Positions 54,650 to 64,000 of a DNA stretch of 64,000 bases are shown here, piece by piece (within the stretch, counting starts at the first letter, position 1; every line of letters begins with the position of its first letter). The position numbers and the translations under genes are program-made. Origin of the DNA: Octopus vulgaris (lineage: Eukaryota). The notes beneath the pieces are model-generated. The model worked only from the letters and a program-made list of their open reading frames with translations, made no database searches and was not told where the DNA came from. The stretch is taken from assembly GCA_951406725.2 (NCBI GenBank), contig OX597825.1, positions 15,934,001-15,998,000 on the forward strand, read 5' to 3'.

Positions 54650-55439
54650 GAGAGGGAGGCGGGTATGCGTGTGTGCACGAGGGTGTATGTTTGCATTAGG
54701 CGTTTGGTCTTTTAATTTCCTATAAGCTCTGTGTGTGCGTGTATGTGTGTGCGTGCGCGCACGTGCGAGCGTGCACGTGTGAGTGTGTATGTGTGTGTGT
54801 GTGTGTGTGTGTAACTATATATGTATGTAATGTATGTGTATAACTATGCATGTGTCTATATCCATTTGTTTAAATATCCTCAGCCTTCCTGTTAAGGTAT
54901 GTGCGAGTGTATATATCGAAAATTAATGTAAATATGCGTAACTAAACGATATAGAAACAGGTTTGCGTGTGTGTAGAAAGTCGATGTATATATCCATGCG
55001 GTTTTTGTTCTTCTTCCAACAAGGTGTTTGTATTTGCACAGCTCGTGGTTTTATTGTTATAATCTTATGTATAAATATTTGCAAACCTGTATGCAGACAT
55101 ACATACATCCTTGCATACTTACACACACACACATACACGCGCGCGTACACACATATATATATTTGCCTTTCATCCTTTCTGGGTCGATAAATAAAGTACC
55201 AGTTTCGCACTGGGGTCGATGTATTCGACTTAATCCCTTTGTCTGTCCTTGTTTGTCCCCTCTGTGTTTGTCCCCTTGTGGGTAGTGAAGAAATATATAT
55301 ATTCACACACACACATATACAGGGATAGATGTTGATGTGTGTATATATGATTTATATGGTGGTATATGATGAGAAAGAGTATGTTAGAGGTGTACGATAT
55401 ACTACTGTATATTTCATATAATCTCTCTCGTCCTCTCTA

Positions 55440-55512
<73 letters not shown>

Positions 55513-55530
55513 CTCTGTCTATCTATCTAC

Positions 55531-55619
<89 letters not shown>

Positions 55620-55638
55620 ACTCTACTTATCTATCTTG

Positions 55639-55675
<37 letters not shown>

Positions 55676-55994
55676 TACACATGTGTGTGTAGGTATGTGT
55701 ATATTCTGTGGCGATTTCTGATACTTAAGCCATCGCATTCAGTGTCCAAAACCCAAGCCCAAGTCTATATAACTGAATTAGAGGTATATATATATATATA
55801 TGTACAACATGTGTGTGTGTGTTTGTGTGTGTGTCTGCGCGCGCGCGTGCATATGTACACAGCCTCACCAGCTGTCTCTAATAAAAATGATAGAATCATA
55901 TCAAAATTTGATTTGTTATTTCCATCATATATATATATATTATGCATAAGTTGTGTCTTAAATTCACGAAAACTCCACTAAATGATACACGAAT

Positions 55995-56034
<40 letters not shown>

Positions 56035-59000
56035 GCATTTACTATATATATATTTATGTGTATATATATATGTATATACATTCTGTGTAATACATATATG
56101 TGTAATATACATTTATATCTACACAGCGTGTGTCGATGTATATGGTGCATGTTTGGATATACAGGGTATGCACGCGTGCATGTCTATACGAACAAGAAAA
56201 CAGAAGTCAACCCAGTTTATGTATATTTTATTAATCGAAGGAAGCTACGAAGTGACTTAAGGACCTACAATTTCGTGCATTAGCGCTTATCTATATACAT
56301 ATATATTTCTAGGCTCATATATTTATACACACACACACTATGCATATAGACATATACATATATATTCACGCGCTCATACATATATACATACATACATACA
56401 TACATACATGCATACATACATACATGCATACATGCACACATGCATACACGCACGCACACAGCCTTAAAAAACCCTGCATTGGTTGTTCAAAATGTCCTGT
56501 AATAATTCATTTAGGCTCTCTATTCAGTGAGTTCAAACCGTACCAAGGTCAGCTTTGCTTTCATCCTTTCCGGGTCGATAAATAAAGTAACAATCGATCA
56601 GTCCATTACTGGGGCGATTCTTCTATTTGTCTATCTGTGCTTCCTTTTTCTCTCTAGAGAAAAAACCTCAACTTTGCTCAGGCATGGAGAGGGATAGATA
56701 GATAGATGCAGCGAGCTGGCAGAAACGTTAGCATGCCGGACGAAATGCTTAGCGGTATTTCGTCTGCTGCTACGTTCTGAGTTCAAATTCCTCCGAGGTC
56801 GACTTTGCCTTTCATCCTTTCGGGGTCGATTAAATAAGTACCAGTTACGCACTGGGTCGATATAATCGACTTAATCCATTTCTCTGTCCTTGTTTGTCCC
56901 CTCTGTGTTTAGCCCCTTGTGGGTAATAAAGAAATAGGTATTTCGTCTGCCACTACGTTCTGAGTTCAAATTCCGCCGAGGTCGACTTTGCCTTTCATCC
57001 TTTCAGGGTCGATTAAATAAGTACCAGTTACACACTGGAGTCGATATAATCAACTTAATCCGTTTGTCTGTCCTTGTTTGTCCCCTCTGTGTGTAGCCCC
57101 TTGTGGGCAGTAAAGAAATAAGATAGATAGATGCGGTTCACCAGTTTTACAAGCCCTAAACACGCCGTATGTCTTAGGCAGTTGCACTCCTACGGCCCCA
57201 TGAGGAATTGTGGGACTATTTTGCATGTGTGTGTGTGTGTGTACATACAGACATGCATGGACTAGTGTGCTTTAGATGTTTGTTTCTCGACTTTAAAATC
57301 CCGGGCTCTTCAGCTCTCGCTACGAGGTGCTTAGACAAGTACACCCAAGTCGAGCCAAGTATTTATGAATGGAATTCACAGATACTAGACGGAAACTTTG
57401 GAAGCTCATCGAAGGAGCAGCTGTTTCCACACATTTGATATAATGGTTCAACCTCAGAATTTACGTTAATGGTTAACAAAATGACTGTCAAGTTAGCTTA
57501 ATCGCTTACAGTATATTATTCAGAGTGTGTGTGGTGTTCATGTGTGAGCGTGTGTACATGTTTGAGTTGTCAGAGCATCGGAATGAATGCCCTGCGGTGT
57601 TTCTGAACAGCTATTCTCATTCTGAGTTCAATTATGGCCTTGGTCTACTTTGCCTTTGATCTTGTCGTAGTCAAAAAATGAAGTACATATTTCTTTACTA
57701 CCCACAAGGGGCTAAACACAGAAGGGACAAACAAGGATAGACAAAGGGATTATGTCGATTATATCGACCCCAGTGCGTAACTGGTACTTATTTAATCGAC
57801 CCCGAAAGGATGAAAAGCAAAGTCGACCTCAGCGGAATTTGAACTCAGAACGTAACAGCAGACGAAATACCTATTTCTTTACTACATACAAGGGGCTAAA
57901 ACACAGAAGGGACAAACAAGGACAGACAAACGGATTAAGTCGATTACATCGACCCCAGTGCGTAACTGGTACTTAATTTATCGACCCCAAAAGGATGAAA
58001 GGCAAAGTCGACCTCGGCGGAATTTGAACTCAGAACGTAGCGGCAGACGAAATACTGCTTAGCATTTCGCCCGGCGTGCTAACGTTTCTGCCAGCTTGCC
58101 GCCTTATAAAAAAAATGAAGTACCTGTAAAGTACTGGAGTTGATGTAATCAATTTTCCCCTGCCCCTAAAGTAACTGGTCCTGTGCCAAAATTTAAAACA
58201 ATAGAATAGTCAGTGCCGCGGGAAATCAAACAAAAAAAATGGTAATTGATATTTCTTCCGATTGTACTTCCTCAGTTCAAATCCTGTCGAAAACAACTTT
58301 ACATTTCATCTTTTCGATAGCCATAAAAAGTAAGTACTTTGTTCCAAATTAGAATTGTTATTAGTGTTAAGGCAGCGATTTAGCTGAATTGTTAGCGCTT
58401 TGGATAAAACGTTTTGTGATATTTCCGCCTAGGTCGATTTTGCCTTTCATGATTTCACGGTCGATAAAATAGGTACCAGCTGAGCGCTGAGATTGTTGTA
58501 AATCGATTTTCTCCTTTTCCTAAAATTGTTGACTTTGTGCCAAAAATCAGAAAAGAATTATTACTATTTATTATTCACATCGTGTTAAGGTGACGAGCTG
58601 GCGGGAACTTAAACACGCCGGGCAAAATGCTAAACGGTATTTCGTCTGCTGCTACGTTCTGAGTTCAAATTCCGCTGAGGTCGACTTTGCCTTTCAACCT
58701 TTCGGGGTCGATGAAATAAATATTAGTCAAGTACTGGGGTCGATATAATCGACTTAATACGTTTGTCTGTCCTCTCTGTGTGTAGCCCCTTGTGAGCAGT
58801 AAAGAAATAGGTATTTCGTCTGCCGTTACGTTCTGAGTTCAAATTCTGCCGATGTCGACTTTGCCTTTCATCCTTTCGGGGTCGATAAATTAAGTGCCAG
58901 TTACGCACTGGGGTCGATGTAATCGACTTAATCCATTTGTCTGTCCTTGTTTGTCCTCTCTGTGTTTAGTCCCTTGTGGGTAGTAAAGAAATAGAAATAG

Positions 59001-59552
59001 GTATTCCGTCCGTCTTTAAGTTCTGAGCTCAAATTCTGCCGAGTTCGATTTTACCTTTCATCCTTTCGGGGTCGATGAAATAAATACTAGTCAAGTACTG
59101 GGGTCGATATAATCGATTTCCCTTCCCCTCCAAAACTACTGGCTCTGTGCCAAAATTTGAAACCATTATTTGCACCGTGTCAGACATTGTAACTGCAGAA
59201 ATGTCCAACTAAATTCTTTGCGGTATTTGATTTGGTTCCTCAGTGTTTTGAGTTTCATTTGTTTGTCATTTATCTACAACAGGGGCTCTCAAACGGGTTT
59301 TGTCTATGGACCCCTTAGACGTCATTGATTGGTTGAAATTGCCGAAATGCAAGAAATTTAACAAGAAATAGCTTACAAACTACAGAATTTTCTCAAGAAA
59401 GCCAAGAGAAAAAGATTTTTTATGTAACACATTCTACCAGTATACGAAGTTTAAAAGTGTTTAGTTACAAAGAAATTATTTTTAAAATCTGCCGGTCAAA
59501 GCGAAAAGATCCGAAACTTCTTTCAAAATTCCTATTTTGTTTTTCCCACATT

Positions 59553-59664
59553 ATAGGCTAAACTGTATAGGCTAAACTGTATAGGCTAAACAGTATAGGC
59601 TAAACTGTATAGGCTAAACAGTATAGGCTAAACTGTATAGGCTAAACAGTATAGGCTAAACTGT
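59553..59664. repeat. 14-bp tandem repeat (ataggctaaac[t/a]gt) x8 inside a hAT-like MITE (~59280-59854)
   Basis: Directly visible; outer ends caggggctctcaa / ttgagaaccactg. Confidence 0.85.
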
Positions 59665-61004
59665 GTAAAATATTAGAGAAAGAAACCTGTCTGTTTCTTA
59701 TGATACATACCAATACATACATCTAAAACAAAATGTTTTCAAGGGCCCTTAAAGTACTATTGCGGATCCCCAATTCACTCTTTTGTGGCATGGACCCCAC
59801 AAAATCTTATATGGACACTCAGGGGCCATATGGACTTCCGTTGAGAACCACTGATCTATCGTATATAAGTATAATGTTACGAACAAAAAATCGCCTGTAA
59901 TATACCAGGGTGAGTCACTTCAGTCAACTATACCTCTACCTAGTGACTTATTGGTTTCAAATTTTGGCACAAGGCCGGAAATTTCGAGGGAGCGGGAATC
60001 GATTACCTCGGCCTTAGTGTTCAACTGGTACTTACTTCATCGACCCCGAAACGATGAAAGGCAATGTCGACCTCGGTGGAATTTGAACACAGAACGTAAA
60101 GACCGACCAAATGCTGCCAAACATATTAACCGGCGCGGTAACGATTCTGCCAGCTCACCGCCTTATCTGCTCAGTGACATATTAAGACATAGATACACTG
60201 GGTATTCATCCTGGGTGTCACCCTGGGACCTTACGGGTGGAGAGGTCCAAATATCAATCTATGTATATTGTGGCTTGCTGTCAATGCGTCCCGGTTCATT
60301 ACATGGCCCGTGGGCCTACAATATTATTAAGACCTCCTTGTTTCTGTCTCCTCCACAATCGATTTAATCGGACTTTGGTGTTTAATACGATGAAATCCTT
60401 ATCGTCACCGTTATGTTGCCGAAGACTTGTTCTTTGGATTCTCGTCTTGTGCTACTAAATTGTTTGCAATTAAGTCTCTCATTCCGCCTACATCTCTTAT
60501 ATATATAAAAAAAATCACTTCTATCTATTTATTTATTTATTTGTGTAATTTTATATTTTCCTGTCCGGAATATGAAGATGTTGTGAATAACGGTTGTTTA
60601 CCAGCTGCTACAAATCGATAAATATATGTGGTTGTGATTGAATGAGAGAGAGGAAAGAGAGAGGAGTGATGGGAGAGAGATAGAATATGCCATATGAATT
60701 GCTAAATTCCTCCATAAAGATACGTAGAATAGGGTGTGGAATGGCCCATTGGTTGCGAATTCGTGTCTTGTTGCAGAGCGCAATCCTTCCCTTGGGTCTG
60801 TTATTAAAACACTGTTTCCTCTGAAGGAGAATTTTATAATAATAATTTTTATTTTGGTTTTTGCTTTCTTCTTAAATTCTGTCTAGGCCTGAACAAACAA
60901 TAGATGTTTATTTTCAAATTACGTTTTGATGGAAAGAAATACACTTAATACTCATAAAGAATCAACTAGTGCATGTATGCATACCTATCTACCTACCTAC
61001 CTAC

Positions 61005-61035
<31 letters not shown>

Positions 61036-61149
61036 CATACATACATACATACATACATACATACATACATACGTACACACATACAAGTGTGTGTGAGTGT
61101 GAATGTATGTGTGTATGTCTGTGTACGTATATACGTTTCATGTACGCAC

Positions 61150-61202
<53 letters not shown>

Positions 61203-61521
61203 TAGATAAATATGCATACACACACATATTTATAATATATATATATATATATGCATAGATATATATGCATACACACACATAATATATATACATGTGCATA
61301 TATATATATGCATATATATACACACATATATATATGCATATCTATATGCATAGATATATATGCATACACGCATTTATAATATATATATGTGTGTGTATAT
61401 ATATGTGCATATATATATGCATATATATGTGTGTATATATATGCATATATATATGCATATATATATATATATACATATATATATGTATATATGCTTATAT
61501 ATATATATGTATATATATCTA

Positions 61522-61560
<39 letters not shown>

Positions 61561-61711
61561 ATTTATATATATATATATATGTATAGATATATATATGCAC
61601 AAAGAGAGAGAGGGGGGGATGAGCGAGTGATACGCGTACTTTAAAAATGCTATCATGAATGGCATATGACATGGTCCTGGTGACATAGTTAAAGATAGCT
61701 GTAAAAAAAAA

Positions 61712-61771
<60 letters not shown>

Positions 61772-63020
61772 TGTGTTTGTGTTAGTATCGCTCTCTGTTA
61801 TTCTACAAGCACCATTTTTACAAGACATAAATATTAATATATCATTCAATATTCTGCAATAAGGCTCGGAATAAATAAATAAGTAAGTAAATACATAAAT
61901 AAATAATCTAGATTTCATTTCCCCATTCATCGGTAGCTACATCGCCGTAACCATTCGCCATCGCCATCACCATCACCATCACCATCACCATCAACCCGTG
62001 CGTCCTAACGCAATTTGCTTGTAATTCTTCCTTCCTTGTAGTCTGCTAGTCTGTTCCATGCCGTATCGTTTCCTGTTGAAGAATCTAGTATGAACTGAAT
62101 ACCAGATATTCCCAATATTGTCACCGTTCCAGCGCTGAAAAGACTGCAATAGCAATGTAGAAATGTAGACTGCAACAAGGAATGCAACCACCTCCACCAC
62201 TGCTGTTACCATTATCGTTGTGGTTCTATTACAGCACTTAGAACTCGGCTGCTACACTATCGCTACACTGCCAAGCTGCTGCAATCAGTCAGTATCGCCA
62301 TATTTCCATGCTATATAATCAATAGCACCTCTTTACACTTCGACGAATAACAGTGCATGCAACACTTCTACATTGAAACTACACTGCCACGCGAGGAACA
62401 AGGCTACTTTGCTTCTCTACAAACGATAGTGTAGTACTGTGATATGTGTACACTGTCACATAAAAATCCAAAGTCTATCTTGTTTCTGCAAACGCAAATC
62501 TAGCATTGTGATATTTCTACACTGGAACTACACTGCCATATATATATTAATTAACACTTCGTATATTTCTGTAACATCATAATACATCGCTGTAACACTT
62601 CTGTGCCGGAAACTTACAGTAATTGGCGAAGGTAAAAAATACGAACACCCGGTTTTTAGGGTTTAGGGCGAAATGCTTAGCAGTATTTCGTCTGCCGCTA
62701 CGTTCTGAGTTCAAATTCCGCCGAGGTCGACTTTGCCTTTCATCCTTTCGGGGTCGATAAATTAAGTACCAGTTACGCATTGGGGTCGATGTAATCGACT
62801 TAATACCTATGTCTGTCCTTGTTTGTCCCCTCTATGTTTAGCCCCTTGTGAGTAGTAAAGAAATAGGTATTTAGGGTTTAGGGCTACGCGGTAAACGGGT
62901 GGTCTGCGTATTCTTTACCTCCGCCACAGATATATAAACATCGACGTATACCTATAACATCTCTCTCATTAGTACAACTCGTAGCATCACTCATATACTA
63001 AATCCGGTCAAACTAAAGCA

Positions 63021-63449
63021 TTTGACCCGAGCAAAAAAAAAAAAAAAGTATAATAGGTGTACAGCAACATGTAGTAAACGAATATGAAAAAAAAAAAAGA
63101 TGCGCCCTGGCGAACGAATTGGGGGAGACGACTTGGAAAATTCACACGATCAATCTCACAGGATCCGAAAACTCAACGTTAACACCTGGTCACAAAAATA
63201 ATAAAAAAAAAAAACAATAGTGTACTGGGTGTAAAATAATGTGTAATAAACGAATAACAAGAAAAAATTTTTTTCATCGACAGACCAGGAAGTGGTGAGA
63301 GGACTCGGAACATTCCCGATGTGAATTTTCCGAGTCCTCTCCCCCGCCAACCCCCGTTCGCCAGCGCCTATTTTTTTTCATATTCGTTTACCACATGTTG
63401 TTGTACACCTATTGCACTATTTTTTTTTCTTCTTTTTGCTCGGGTCAAA
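63021..63449. mobile_element. Long-TIR (~130 bp) foldback element
   Basis: tttgacccgagcaaaaa..aataggtgtac..aacatgt.gtaaacgaatatgaaaa is mirrored at 63321-63449. Confidence 0.8.
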
Positions 63450-63741
63450 CGCCCTAAATCCATAAGCAAAACCTCTACACTTAATTTATACAGCTACACT
63501 TAATTTACACTTAATAAACTATCAAACTGCACCACATTACATCGCTCTAACACTTCCATTCTGAAACTACACTGCTACACAAAGAACGGTGGTGTATCTT
63601 AAGTATTTGCTGTCCCACCTCTCCTGGGAACCCTTAAACCTATACAAGCTTATACACTAGACCCCAAAATGCCACCCAGTGTCAACTTAAGGCATTGGCA
63701 TACCGAAAAGTCTTTTGGAGGTCCTATGCGTCTGTCTAGAG

Positions 63742-63942
63742 CAGTGGTTTTCAACCAGGGTTCCGCCAGTACAGTCCAGGGGTTCCGCAAGAAGTTACAA
63801 CACTGCTAAAATCAGCCGTAATTTTTAATTCTCCTGTGCAGATATGTGTGCATAAAACTATTAAATTATTGCACAGGGGTTCCTCGAGCCAGTGGAATAT
63901 TTCCTTGGGGTTCCGCTCCAGCAAAAATTTTGAAAAGCACTG
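63742..63942. mobile_element. hAT-type MITE with 8-bp TSD
   Basis: cagtggttttcaa ... ttgaaaagcactg; perfect TSD gtctagag at 63734-63741 and 63943-63950. Confidence 0.9.
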
Positions 63943-64000
63943 GTCTAGAGGCCCTGTCTACGCTATGGCTTGCTATCCATAAATATTATAAGTCCCAGTG

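Noticed and set aside
59553-59664. Regular short repeats as a CRISPR array
   Set aside because: Contiguous 14-bp tandem units with no spacers, in a eukaryotic context.

Overview
AT-rich, microsatellite- and transposon-dense eukaryotic DNA. The SINE, MITE and microsatellite spectrum looks like an octopus/cephalopod genome (inference from recalled repeat families). The only supportable protein-coding gene is a minus-strand glyoxylate/hydroxypyruvate reductase (GRHPR-like D-2-hydroxyacid dehydrogenase). It has one copy of exon 2 (5028-5198) and exon 3 (1544-2136) but three intact, phase-compatible, ATG-starting first coding exons (9382-9577, 10553-10748, 21674-21905): a 'variable first exon + constant region' cassette. 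The enzyme also has non-canonical catalytic and cofactor residues and ends in -GKL. The rest is tRNA-derived SINEs, RTE and CR1-like LINE fragments, mariner and DD37D remnants, Helitron/hAT/TIR MITEs, a 5S rRNA pseudogene, several hammerhead-ribozyme-like motifs, long hairpins, and an unexplained ~350-bp segment duplicated 11 kb apart. Almost all other ORFs in the track are microsatellite artefacts.
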